Of a stretch of 64,000 nucleotides of DNA, positions 36,520 to 50,624 are shown one piece after another. Below the pieces are notes generated by a model. It was not told the origin of the DNA and searched no databases. It worked only from the letters and a program-made list of their open reading frames with translations. Position 1 is the first letter of the stretch. Every line of letters starts with the position of its first letter. Origin of the DNA: the human T2T-CHM13v2.0 reference genome, Homo sapiens; NCBI RefSeq assembly GCF_009914755.1, contig NC_060935.1; one strand, written 5' to 3'. Position numbers and translations under genes: made by a program.

Positions 36520-38711
36520 ACAGCCTTGAGAAGGACCTCAGAACCTCAAGAATGACATAGTGGGGAGTTACCTGGGTTTGTTTTTTTGCCTCATATATCC
36601 CAAACTTTTAGCTGAAGAAGCTGGCAACCTGAAAATGCCAACAGGTACAGAAAAATAAATGCCCCAACAAAAGGCTACTCTCTCCAGTAAGACAGAAGAC
36701 AGATAACTTTTATACAGTAACAGTTCCACTTCAGTCAAACACCACAGAAAAAGCTGTGGCCCCCACATCCTCTCATGTCAGCAAAGACTAAGTGAGGACC
36801 CTAGACTTCCATACTGTGAGGCTGTAACGAGGCCCCTCAACACCCCTGAAGTTGCTGAAGTTGTATCAGAGAAGTCCATGTAGGGAGCTTAGACTAATTC
36901 TCCAAGCAGTAGCAAGCCCCCAGAATCATCATGCAATGTTATTGGAGATGACCTGGGAAGCATGGACTTCCATCCCCACACAACAGTAAAAAGGTGCCTT
37001 TCCCTCTAGGTAAAAGGTGCCAGAGGAGGTCTAGTGGTGAGTCTGAACTATTACTGTTACCTGTTAGTAAAAAGAACATACCCACCATGGTGTCAGTGGA
37101 GATCAGCTGTGGACCTGGAACTTCTATCCCTGCCTAGCAAAATGAGGAACCTTCCCTACTTCCATCCCAAATCAGACATCAACAAAGACTGAGTGGGGAA
37201 CCTGGACTTCTACCTCAGAGAAACAGAAAGTTTAAGATCCAGAATCTCATAATATGAAAATGTCCAGGTTTCAATTGAAATTGCTTATTATACCAAGATC
37301 CAGGATAATCTCAAACTGAAGGGAAAAAAGATAACAAATGCCAACACTGACATAATAGAGATGTTAGAATTATATGACAAAGATTTTAAAGTAGTCATCA
37401 TAAAAATGCTTCAATGAGCAATTATGAACACACTTAAAACAAATGAAAAATAGAAAATGTCAGCAAAGAAGTAGAAGATAAAAAGAAGAACCAAATGAAA
37501 ATTTTTGAACAGAAAAATACAGTAACCAAAATAGAAAGCTCAATGGGTAGGCTCAACAGAAGAATGCAGGGGACAGGGGAATTAATTGATAAACTGGAAG
37601 ACAGAAATTACCCATTATGAAACACAGAGAAAATAGATTGAAACAAACAAGGAAAATTTACAGAGCCTCAGGGACCTGTGGGAGTATAACAAAAAAAAAT
37701 CTAACATTCAAGTCATCGAAGTTTCAGAAGGAGAGAAGAAAGTAGACAAGGCTGAAAAGTACTCAAAGAAATAATGGTTGAAAACTTCCCAAATTAAGCA
37801 AGAAACATCAACCTGCACATTCAAGAAGTTGAGTGAACTCCAAACAGGATAAACTCAAAGAAATCCACATGACGACACATCACAATTAAACTTCTGAAAA
37901 CTAAAGACAAAAAGAAAAATCTTGAAAGCAGCAAGAAAGAAAGAGCTACTTTACCTATAGGGTAAGACAATTTTAATTATAGCAGATTTCTCATCAGAAA
38001 CTATGGAGGCCAGAAGGAAATAGGACAATATTTTTCAAGTGCTGGAAGAAAAGAACTGCAACCCAGAATACTATAGCAAAAGTTATTTTTCAGGAATAAA
38101 GGAGAAATCAAGACATTCTCAAATAAAGAAAAACTAAAAGAATTTGTCATAAGCAGAACTACCCTAAAAGAATGGCTAAAGGAAGTCCTCTAAAAAGAAA
38201 GGAAAAGATAAAAGAAGAAACCTTATAATGCCAGGAAGAAAGAAAGAGCATAGTAAGCAAAACTATGAGTAGATGGGCTTTCCTTTTTCTCTTGAGTTTT
38301 GTAAATTATGTTTTATGATTGAAGCAAAGATTATCACACTGTCTAATGTGGTTCTAAATGTATGAAGAGAAAATATTTAACACAACTATCTTATAAACAG
38401 GGGAGAGTAAACTGATGTAAATCTACATTTATAGATCATTTCAATTAGCAACAATAGAAAACACATTTTTTTCCAAGTGACCATAAAATACGTACCAAGA
38501 TAGATCATATTCTAGCCCATAGGACAAAGTTAACAGAATTAATTAGAACATAATTTAAAAGAGTTAAACTCACACAGAGTGTGTTTTCCAACTATGATGA
38601 AATCAAAATAGAAATAAAAATAGATAATAGGAGAATCTTCAAACATTTGGAAACTAAACAACACACTTCAAATAATACATGGGTCAAGAAGGATATCTCA
38701 AGGTAAATGGT

Positions 38712-38723
38712 TGTGTTTTTTTG

Positions 38724-38754
<31 letters not shown>

Positions 38755-39000
38755 GTTTTGGCACAATCTCAGCTCATGGCAGCCTCCACCTCCTGGGCTC
38801 AAGCAATCCCCCTAACTTAGCCTCCTGAGTAGCTGGGAGTACAGGAGTGCACCACCATGCCCAGCTAATTTTTGTATTTTTGTAGAGACAGAGTTTTGTC
38901 ATGTTGCCCAGACTGGTCTCGAACTCCAGAGCTCAAGCAATCTGCCTGTCTCGGCCTCCCAAAGTGCTGGGATCATAGGCATGAGCCACCACACCCAGCC
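38712..39000 (-). mobile_element. AluJ (antisense) in L1 ORF2; 3'-most ~40 nt missing, (TTTTG)n tail
   Basis: TSD TCAAGGTAAAT (38698-38708, 39001-39011). The TTTTG repeat runs directly into GCACAATCTCAGCTCA. Confidence 0.9.
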
Positions 39001-39667
39001 TCAAGGTAAATTTTTTTAAAAGCATTGAAGTGAATGAAAATGGAACTACAGTATATAAAAACTTGTGGGATGCAGCCAAAGCACCACTGAGAGGAAAATG
39101 CATAGCACCAAAAGCATATATTACAAAATAGGAAAAGTCTCAAATCAATAATCTCTGATTCAAGAATCTAGAAAAAGAAAAGCAAAATATACCCCAAGGA
39201 AGAAGAAAGAAGAGAATAATGCAGATAGGAGCAGAATCAATAACACTGAAAAGAGAAAAATAATACAGAAAATCAATGAAACAAAGAGCTGGTACTCTGA
39301 CAAAAACAGAGGGAGAGAGAGAGAGAACTCACAAATTGCCAATATCAGAAATGAAACAGGAGCTATTAGTAAAGACCCTACAGACATCAAAAGAATAATA
39401 AGGGAGTACCACAACAATTCCACACACATAAATTTGACAACTTAGACAGAATGGCTCAATTTCTTGGAAAATACAAGCTACCACAACTCAATCAATATGA
39501 AATGGAATTTCATTTGAATAGTTCTATAACTATCAAGGAAGTTGAGTTCACAATTTTAAAACTCCCAAAAAAGAAATCTCAATACCAAGATGGCTTCACA
39601 GGATAATTCTACCAAATGTTTAAGCAAGAATTAATACCAGCTCTATACAATCTCTTCCAGAAAATAG

Positions 39668-40078
<411 letters not shown>

Positions 40079-42350
40079 TAAAAATAAGAAACTACAGGCT
40101 AATATCCTTCATGAGTAGATGTAAAATTCCTTAACAAAATATTAGCAAATTTAATTTGGCAACATATAGAAGGAATTATATATTATACCACAAATAGAGC
40201 ATATTCTAGAGATGCAAAATTTGTTCAATGTTTTGAAAATCAATCAATGTCATCCACTATATTAACAAGCTAAAGAAGAAAAATTGCATAATTATATCAA
40301 TCAATGCAGAAAAAGCATTTGATAAAATTCAATATCCATTTTTAAAACTCTCAGAAAAATAGAAATGAAGGGGAACTTTCTCAGCTTGATAAAGAGCATC
40401 CACCAAAGAACCAACAGTTGACATTATGTTTAGTTATGAAGACTGAATGCATACTAAAGTGAAATGTCAAACTCAACACCAAAATTTAAAAATATAATAC
40501 TATTTTTAATCATTCAAAAAATTAATTACTTAACTATAAATCCAACAAAACATGCATAGGACTTATGTTGAAAACTACATAATGCTGATGAAAGAAATCA
40601 AAGATCTAAGTAAATGGAAAGCCATATGGTATTCATGGACTGGAAAACTCTGCATAGTAAAGATTCAATTCTCTCCAACAAAAACAATTTTGAAAAATAA
40701 AGTGGGAAGAATCAGCCTACCCAATTTTAAGATTTACTATATAGCTACAATAATTAAGACACTGTGGTATTTGGAGAATCATACATATCTAGATAAATAA
40801 AACAAATAGAGAATCTATAATTAGACCCAAACATATATCCCCAACTGATTTTGACAAAAATGTAAAAGAAATTCAGTGGAGTAAAATAACCTTTTTAGCA
40901 AATGGTGCTGGAGCAATTGGCATCCACAGGCCAAAAAGAAAAAGAAAAACCCACCTTGACCTAAGTCAAACAGTTTGTACCATCATTAGCTCAAAATGGA
41001 TCATGGACTTAATGCAGTTTTTACAGTAATTTACTCAAAATGGATTAGGGACTTAAATGAAAAATGTAAAAACATAAAAAGTTTAGAAAATAACACAGAA
41101 GAAAATCTCTAGGATCTAAGGCTAAGCAAGGAGCTTTTAGACTTAACACCAAAAGCACAGCCCATAAAAAGAAAAATCAATACATTGAACTTCATCAAAA
41201 TTAAAAACTTTTTCTCCATGAAAGACCCTGTTAGGAGGGTGAAAAGACAAGCTACAGAGTGGGAAAAATATCTGCAAACCACATATCAGACAAAAGACTA
41301 GCATCTAGAATATATAAAGAATTCTCGAAACTCAATAGTGAAAAAAAAAGTAAACAATCAAATTAAATGTCACCTTGACTAAATTGGGTTCTTGATTACA
41401 TTGTGGTTTAAAAAAAAAAAAAGCAAACAATTCAATTAGAACATGAGCAAAGACACGAAGAGACATTTCACCAAAGAAGATGTACTAATGGCAAATAAGC
41501 ACATGAAAAGATGATCAACATCATTAGCCATTAGGGAAATACAAATTAGAACCAATAACAATAAGATGCTACAACATACCTATCGGAATGGGTAAAATAA
41601 ACAATAGTGCCAATACCAAATGCTTACAAAGATACAGAAAAACTGCACTCATACATCGCTGGTGGGATTGTAAAATGATATAGCCACTCTGGTAAACAGT
41701 TTGGCAGTTTCATTAAAGGAGAAAAAAAATAAACTAAACTAAAACTGCAACTATCACATAACCTATAATTGAACTCCTGGGCATTTATCCCAGAGAAATA
41801 AAAACTCTGTTCACACAAAAACCTGTAAGTGAATGCTATAGCAGCTTCATTCATAATAGCCAAAACCTAGCAACAATGCAGATGTCCCTCAATCAGTGAA
41901 TAGTTAAACAAACTGTGGTAAGTCCATTTCATGGAATATTTCTCAGCAATAAAAAGGGAACAAGCTCTGGGTAGATGCAACAATTTGGAGAATTATGCTG
42001 AGTGATGAAAGCCAATCCCAAAAGGTTACATACTGTATGATTCCATTTATACGACATTTTTGAAGAGACAAAATTATAGAAATGCAGAACAAATTAGGGG
42101 TTGCTAGGGATGGAGAGGGCAATGGGAGAGAGGTGGGTGTGGCTACACAAAGGCAACACGAGGGTCATTTGTGGGGGTGGAAATGTTCTGTATCTGAACT
42201 GTATCAATGTCAGTAACCTGGTTGATGCTGTACTATAGTTTTGCAAGATGTTACCATCAGAGAAGCTGGGTAAAGGGCACATGGGATCTTTCTGTATTAT
42301 TTGTTCCAACTGCCTGTGAATCCACAATTCTCTCAAAAGAAAAGATTTAA

Positions 42351-42684
<334 letters not shown>

Positions 42685-42747
42685 TAATTCCATAGGGCAA
42701 GCTTCCAATAAATGAGTTTGTTTTTTAAGTGTAAATTGTTTTAAAAA

Positions 42748-42857
42748 ATGTATATGGAAATGTATATGTATACAGAATGTATATTTCATATATACATTTA
42801 TATATAATATATATACATATTAGAGAGAGAGAAGGAGAGAGGGAGAGAGACAGAGAA
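42748..42857. repeat. (TA)n-like low-complexity run followed by (GA)n
   Basis: ATATACATTTATATATAATATATATACATATTAGAGAGAGAGAAGGAGAGAGGGAGAGAGACAGAGA. Confidence 0.85.
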
Positions 42858-43104
42858 ATGCATGGACTTTTTAAATGTCTGTACAGAGCCCACAGAAGGG
42901 GAAAGCACAAATCTCTTGTGGAGAAGGGTCATCCAGACTCAGAGGTTAATGAGATCTCATCTCCTAGATGTCCCTAAAGGGAACCTCACACAGACACTTG
43001 GACCTCTGCCTGCCAGCTCCAGTCGATACACAATGCCCCTGTTCCCTCTCTGCCTCACCTCCCGTCTGTCACTGTCCTTCACTCACAAAGTCACTAGAGA
43101 ACTC

Positions 43105-43460
43105 TATTAGTTAGGAAAATAAATGGTAGCTGCTGTAACAAATGACCCCAAAATTTCAGTGGCTTGACATAATAAAAATTAATTTCTGCTCATAACTTAT
43201 ATTTGGGATGTTCCTGGTTGGACGACTCTCCTGGGAGGTTCTCCTCTTAGTAGTACCAGAGACCTAGGCTGCCACCATCCTGTAGCTTGAACATCAACCC
43301 AGCATTAGCCAGTCAGCAAATGAAAGATTGTGGAAATGGAACCAGACGAGATGAGGGCGAGGCCTAGGAATGGAGCACATAACTTCTGCCCACTCTCCTT
43401 TGGCCATAACTCAGATTGATGATCTCATCTAGCTACAAGGGGGCTGGGAAATGCAATCTT
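43105..43460 (-). mobile_element. MLT1I/J-type LTR
   Basis: TAGCTGCTGTAACAAATGACCCCAAAATTTCAGTGGCTTGACATAATAAA...CTAGCTACAAGGGGGCTGGGAAATG. Confidence 0.7.
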
Positions 43461-44154
43461 GCTCTATGTCTTTATAGCATCATTTCTGCCCTTCCTGGTT
43501 TGCCCTACAATGGTCCCTAATCATGAAACACCAATGTTCACACCAAAGATGCTATCTCCTGATGCTCATCTTCACATGCCAGAGCAGGGCGGGCTCTACG
43601 GCAGGAAGAAGAGCCTGCTCTGCACTTCCGTCCTGCCTGGTTACCCAAGACTGAGGCAGCCCAGCTTGTGTCGAAAGTCTGCAATGAGACCCATCAGCCT
43701 CAGGCCTCCATCCTCTCCCCGTCAGAGCCCCAAGGAAGTCCAAGAGGTCAGATCAGGGACTCCTACTACCCCATTCCCCCCATGATCCTGGATATCTCCT
43801 TCCATTCATGTCCCCTTCAGCCTCCCTTGAAGACTCCCTTGAAGACAAAAAGAACTTCCTTCTGCCTCCGTAGGCCAGCTTGGGGGATATGACTTGATGA
43901 AGATTAACACCCTGAAGGCCCCCAGCCCTGCAAGCATGCAAGCAGCTAAGCTCTGCATCTCAGCCAGGAGTCCTCAGGGAACCCTGCTGCAGTGAAAGGG
44001 ATGCAATGAGCCCAAACAGGGTTAAGGGAGGAGCAGATTGTGGTGGGAGGGAGGATATACAGAGATCTGCCTCAGACATCTTGTGCTTACAGATGCCAGG
44101 TGTATATATGGGTTGAGAGCCCAGAAGAGAAATCCAGACCAAGGTAATCCACAT

Positions 44155-44595
44155 ATCTTATATTTGATAGGCTACAGACTCAGCTGCTGTTGCAAAACCC
44201 CAAAATAACAGTGACATAAATGAGATAAGGATCCACTCTCTCATCGGCATAAGGAATCACAAGCATAAGGACTGACATAATACTCTGAGGAGTCAAGGCC
44301 CAGGTTCCTCCATCTGGTTGCATATGCGTAGTCCAAGATGCCTCACTACCACCTACACACCAGCCAGAAGAAAGGGTGCACTGGGCAAGGGAGACCAAGC
44401 TCCTTCCCTTTGGGGGCATAATGCTAAGACATGCACACATTGCTGCTGCTCACATCCCAGAAACTGGTCAGAAGCGTGCATCTAGCTGAAAGGGAGGCAG
44501 GGCAGTGTAGTCATTATTCCAGGCAGCCACATACATGGTTTATTTCATCGCTATGAAAGAAGAGGAGAAGGGGTGGTTAGGAATCTCTGCCATAC
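44155..44595 (-). mobile_element. MLT1J-type LTR
   Basis: CAGCTGCTGTTGCAAAACCCCAAAATAACAGTGAC...TCTAGCTGAAAGGGAGGCAGGGCAGTGTAGTC...GAATCTCTGCCATA. Confidence 0.65.
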
Positions 44596-44814
44596 ACCCC
44601 TCAGAATGGATTATGGACCCCTGTTAGCACAATATTTTTGAGCACATAAACCCCAATATATTTATATTTGTTCATAATTAATATCTATGCCAATATGTAT
44701 ATTAAATCCTTGTAAAGCTTATTTTTTCCTTACTTTTTAGATAAAAATAAATGTGATATTTTTCTTCTCATACCCCAAGAGATCATCTGGCACATGCCTC
44801 GTTGGAGATCACTA

Positions 44815-45320
44815 AAGATGCAGATTTGTAAATCAACAGCAAATAGGCAGTGGCTGCAGCTCTGGAGTTGAATGGGATCACCCAAGAAGAGACAAATAGA
44901 GGCAGAAGAAAGCTCCAAGGATGAGAAATTGGGAAACAACAATATTTAAGCTGGGGAAAAATTTTAAAAGCAGGAGTGATCTAAGAAACTGAGCAGGAGC
45001 CGGCCAAGAGACAGGAAGACAAATGAGAACGAGTGTTTCTAAGGAAATCTGAGGAGAGGAGAGCTTCACAAAACGTCACGTAGGATGAAGACTGAAAAGA
45101 GGCCATTGATTTGCCAATGTGAAGGTCATTGGTGACCAGGGTAAGAACAGAAGAATATTAGGATGAATAGGCAAGAAAGAATTTGATAGCACATTTGATT
45201 CTATGGGCAAGGAAGGAGGTAGCCATGGAAGGTTTTTGAGTGTGGAAGCCTCATGATGACAGCAAAATGTGAGGAAGAGTCATGTGGGCATTTGCATGAA
45301 AAGTAGACCAGAGGATCCAG
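44815..45320 (-). mobile_element. L2 fragments
   Basis: GTAGGATGAAGACTGAAAAGAGGCCATTGATTTGCCAATGTGAAGGTCATTGGTGACC; GGTAGCCATGGAAGGTTTTTGAG. Confidence 0.65.
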
Positions 45321-46799
45321 AGTCTAGAGTCTGAAGTCCCCCTAGGGTGTCAACCCAGGAAATGGCCTCAAACAAAGCATATGGCTTAGGAGAAATGGAA
45401 ATGACCCAGTGACAAATTGATATGGAGACCTATCAAAAAAGATTGACTCCAAGGTTTTGGGTGCTGGTAGCTGAGAGGATGGGAATGCCATTGAAACCAT
45501 TGTTCCAGGAGGTTTTGATGGGGAAATGGGATGCCTGGTGGACCTGCCCAGGAATGCTTCCTGGGGAGGGTACTGTGAGCATGTCAACCCGAAAATGCCT
45601 GCTCTCCCATCCTGGGCTACTGCCACATGCCTTGGCTACTCAAGTGCTCAAGTTCAGAGTCCCCACCCTCTTTCCCCAGCAGTTCCAAGGATGTGTTCAT
45701 CACCGAATGCTGTCCCAGAGACCCTCTGACCAGCCAAGCTAACTTTAGTGTGTCTCTGGGGACTCTGAGGTTGTCACTGAGGACAAATGCAGCTGCTCCT
45801 TCCCAGGCAGTGACAAGCTCAATAATGTGGTCAGCAGCAAGGGCTGTCCACTGGCACTGAAGCAGGACATAAAAGGCCATGGTGCAGCTCATCTATGAGC
45901 AACCTCACACATAGCTCTAGGAGTTGGGGTCACCCTTGCCCTAACCATCCTCAGCCATTGTCCATTGTTTAGGATGGTCAAGAAACGGGTCAAGAGAAAG
46001 AGGATGTAATGAACCCCTGTGAGCACTTGAGGAAGAAGGATCCCATGCTCAACAGCCACAGTGTGTCCTTCTGGAATGACCCTCTGTGTCCTCTACCCCA
46101 AGGGGCCTCTCCCAGGGATTCTGGTCCACCCGGCTAATGGGCTGTGCTGAATCAGGATGGCCTGCAAAGCCCTCCCGGGGGGTGCTCCCTGGCTGCTTCT
46201 TTCTCAGGCCCCTAATGGCTTAGGTGTGGGTTGGGTTGCAGGACAAGAATGGTGAAAATAATTCAGGAAACTGCTCACTCGTTCTGCTTCTTGGACAGTC
46301 ACACTTGGGACTTGAATGAGCCTAGGCACCCGGAGGCACAAATACTGTTCCAGTAGCTCTCTCTGGGCTAAGCTTTGCCCTAGATCTGATGCTCTTCAGG
46401 GTCAGGAACTTCAGTGTGATCCTGGGAGTTGGGGAAAGCCTCCCTCAGGCTCAAGAGAGACCCCTGAACTTAGATAATGGTTCTCACTGGAGACACTAAT
46501 GTGGGAGAGAACAGGAGAGAGCCACTCTTTTCCTCACTAGGAATAAAGGCTCCTGACCTGATTCCCTCTGCATTGACACTTCCTCCATCAAATTATTTTA
46601 AAGTTAGCATAGGAAACTATGAGTCTCATAAAAATAAACGAGCTAGTCCTGATATTTGGGCTAATACCAATACTTTCAAGGATAAAGCAGCTATATGGTG
46701 CCCTGGATACAACTATGGGGCTCATCTCAGATTTCTTGGGCATCTCAGAGAGTGGAACTCACTTAACACTTACTGAGCCTCCACTGTGCAACAGGCCTA

Positions 46800-47135
46800 C
46801 CCTCTGAATCTTGAATGATGAAGAGGAGCTCAAACAAAGGATGGAAGGTGTTCCAGGCTGAAGGAATAGTGTGTCCGAGGAACCAAGAGAGAGCAAGAGA
46901 GACTGAGAGAGAGCATTCTGTGCCTTAAACAAATGGTTGACTTCTAGATTGGTTTGGTCACAGCAGAGAGAGGGAAGGAAGCAGTAATCCCAGGGCCAGA
47001 GGAATAAGCCCTGGCCAGATCCTGACATGTGTTATGTGGCTGGAAGCTTGGGTTTTATCCAGAGGGCAATGGGAGCCATTGAAAGATCTTAGGCAGAGAG
47101 GAGACATGATGGGACTTGTTTTAATAGAAATGTAG
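46800..47135 (-). mobile_element. L2 fragment
   Basis: GGTTTTATCCAGAGGGCAATGGGAGCCATTGAAAGATCTTAGGCAG...GACATGAT. Confidence 0.7.
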
Positions 47136-48689
47136 CAGAGTGGTTTACCAAGAATGTAATGTGGCCAAATGGCCTATTGAGAGAGACTAGCTGTATCTTG
47201 CTTTCTCCATTGTAGGCTCTTGCTAAAGAATGAAAGGTATTTCAGCTCTTCTCCTCCTCACTCCCACCCCAGGAAGGGAGCCAGGCTTTTATGTCTTTGA
47301 GACTTGGGCTTTCCTTGCCACAGGGGGAGCTGACAATGTTTTTGTGTGTCTTGAAGAAAAAAAAAAAAAAAAAAAAAAAAAGAAGTTGCCAGGCCTTTCT
47401 GCCTCTTTGTATTTGAAGGCCTGGGCCTAGCCAGAGAGTGTTGAGGTTAAGAATTAAAGAGAGGAATGACCGAATTCAGAGAGTTTATGAGATGTCCGGG
47501 GGTTCAAGGGAGGCTGAGGTCCCCAGGACTTGGTGAGTGATTGGTTATGGAGGTGAAGAGAGGAAGGAGTGGAGAATGGCTTGTGGGTTTCCACTTGGAC
47601 TGATGGGGAAATGGGTGGTGCTACTAGTCACAATAGAGGAGAGGATGCGTTCTCTCTTTCTTTCATGGGAGAGAAAGTCCCTATAGATCTGAGCCACAAA
47701 CAGCTGTGACTCCCACCCCAGCCAGGAACTGGCACCTTGACAACCCTTGGGGGAGAGAAAGAAATCAAGTGGCAACCCTGCTGCCAAGTGCCCCATTGGC
47801 CTCTCCTGCCTGAGCACTGGCCAGTGAGAGTGTCTCCAAGTCTGGTGCCGAAGGGAGCGGACCACCCTTTGCACTGATGGGAAATCTTCAGAGCAGGCTC
47901 CAGCCTCCAGCATGGACTCAGAGGGCCGGGCTGGGCCACAAAGAGGGGTGTGAGACAGAGCCCATCCCACGGGCTCTCCGGCCTCATTTTCCTCGTTGGT
48001 AAAACTAGTGCTTTGAACCTGATTCTCTGCACGGCTTCTTCCAGCCTGAGCCTGTGAGGACTGGCTGGAGCACCAGATGAAGCAGAATGCATTGTCACAG
48101 CACATTGGCAGGAGTGTGAAGTGGCCAGACGCCCATGGGGTCAACAGGGATGGATTCCTAGAGCAGAATCTAGGGGACCTGGCAGCAGCCTCCTCAGTTG
48201 TAAGTAAATTGAGGGCAACAGCCACTCTCTCTGCAGCCTCACTCTGGTCTCCTCTGCTGGGTCTAGGGCAGCTGCCTGGCGAGGGCCGAGGGCATAGCAG
48301 GTGCTAGTTCCTACCTGTTGACTGGGCCAGGGAGCAGACCAGCACCGCCACCCCTGGCTCCAGGCTCACAGCTCCTTCTCTTCACATTCTTCATCACCGT
48401 TCCTCCCGCACTTCCTGCTACTGCTTAGGGATGCAGTAAAAATAAAAAGGTGCCTCCTTTCACCAACCAACTCTCCTCTCCGTCCCTGCTCTCCATTATG
48501 CAGAAACCTCTGCTTTCCTGATTGTCAAATTCCTCTTACTTGATTACCTTCCCCAGGAACAGACTCCTCTGAGAGACAAGAGAATATCTGACCCATGGCC
48601 TGATGCCCTGGAGGGGTGGGAAGGGAAGCAGTTCCTAGCAAGAGAAACATAACCAACTTAGCTAAGCAAACTGCTAAGGGCCAAGCTTT

Positions 48690-49100
48690 ACAATGGCAGT
48701 GCATAGACAGTCAGATGAGAAAGTGTTATCCCCATTTTGCAGATAAGGAAATTAAATCTCAAAAAGTGAAAGAATTTACCCAAGACCACAAAAGCGGTAC
48801 AAATCTTGGCTTCTTTGTGTTTCCTTTCCATCCCCTCAAAAAGACTCTTACTGACCGTTTACTTTGCACTGATCACTGTACCATGCCCTGCAGAGTCAAA
48901 GACCAATGAAGCAATGTTGTATAGCCTTCAAGCAGTCGCAGTCTAGAGGGGAGACAGACATAGAGTGTAATGAGTGACACATGGGAGGCATGGACAAAGT
49001 CCTGTGGGACTTCAGACCAGGACAGGGGAAACAAGGCTTTCCAGGGGAGGTGACGTGAAGGAGAGTCCCAGAGGATGAGTCACAGTTACCGAGCAGAGCA
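48690..49100. mobile_element. MIR followed by an L2 3' fragment
   Basis: TTATCCCCATTTTGCAGATAAGGAAATTAAA (MIR); GCCTTCAAGCAGTCGCAGTCTAGAGGGGAGACAGAC (L2). Confidence 0.65.
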
Positions 49101-50624
49101 ATGGGCAGAACTGCTTGCTGGCCAAGGGGCCAAAGCAGGAAAGCACGCAGCTTAATTGCCCAGCCGAGCAGCTTTCCCTCATCCCCAGCCGCACCCCCGC
49201 CGAAGCCCCACCCAAACCAGGAGGCTTCCCGCCAGGATGTTGGGCCTGTGAGAAGCTCAGGGTGATGCCCTCCCTCTCCTGGCCTTTCCTTACCAAGGCC
49301 TGTGGGACTTGAGATGCTGCCGGAAGCCTGGCTTCCTGGGGAAGGGGTCTGCTGAGGCCCTCCTGACAGCCGCAGCCCCCCTCCTTCAGCCCAATCTTCA
49401 GTTTAGCTAAACTGTTGGATCCCTTTGGGTTTGATACCATCTAATTGGTTGTGGCTAATCCCATATTAACTTCTCCCGCAGAAGCTAGAGGGCCTCTCCC
49501 CACCCTCCATCACGTCCCAGCACCTACAGAAGCTGCTGTTATCATGTTTATGAGCCTCCACAACCACAGACAGGCAAATTTGCATATAAATAACCTGCCA
49601 GCACTGGAGGCTGTGAGAAGCACCTGGTAACAACTCTGTTTATTACTCTGGAGAGAGAAAGGGAGCAAGAAGGCCTTGTGCGCTGGGTGGCCCAAGTGGG
49701 ATGGCTACATTTCCACCTACCGATTAGCTGAGAAAGGGTCAGTGACCCCCAAACAGCAGAGGAGGAAGAAACGTAAAGCCGTGCAGCTCCTCCTCTTTGG
49801 GAAACCCTGGCCCTCGCAGCTAGAGACTGTAGAAGCCACCACGTCACCAAGGATGGTCCAGCCTGAAAATGAATGCAGGGAGCCAGGTATGAGCCTGGGC
49901 TTGGTGTAGGTGGGAAATGTGAAGCAGAGAGAGGAGTCCTGTCCTCAAAGAACTGTCTACTGCAGCACGCATGCTGCAGACCTGGGGGAAAGCTCTGACC
50001 AGACAAAACACGGAGGTGATGGCCCAAGGTGCAGGAGCAGGTCCTCCCAGTGAGAAGGCTTCCAGGAGGAAGACCTTGGTAGCCGTGGTAGACCTTGCCC
50101 AGGTGAGGAGCAGAGGAGGAAACACTCCAGACTGGAGGGAATGAAGTGAGGCCCTGTTGAATGAGTCCTGTACTGAGTGGACTGAGGGGCCTGGGGAATA
50201 GGGAGATGGATTGGAAGAGCAGCAGAAGATACAGCTGGAAGGGAGGCTGAGTCTGCTGTAGTGTCCCCATATGACCAAGTTGTGACTTTACCTCCTAGAT
50301 CTTCAACATTTTTGAAAAGGTGAATGACATAAAGGCAGCTCTGTGGGCTAAAAAGCTATTGCTACTGAAGTCTCCATCGAAATGTTGAATGGCCCAAGGG
50401 TTCCCTAAGAAGGCAGGGAGGGACACCCCTTAACATGATCTGATGTCTAATGAACACACCAGCAAGGCGGAATTCAGAACAGAGGTCACACCCCAGAGAG
50501 ATGGGAGCCGGAGGTCAGTGGAAGTTGGGTCTTAGAGGAGGCAGGGGTGAGAAAGACAGACTCGGAAGACCCAAAATCTGTAGCTGGAAAGCAAGCAGAG
50601 GCCAGGGAGAATGTTGGAGAAATA

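Noticed and set aside
41368-41385. Y-RNA pseudogene (CTTGACTA motif)
   Set aside because: Only about 8 nt of similarity. The rest of the Y RNA is absent.
47545-50278. 226-aa and 240-aa minus-strand ORFs
   Set aside because: No domain, codon or splice support. Consistent with chance.
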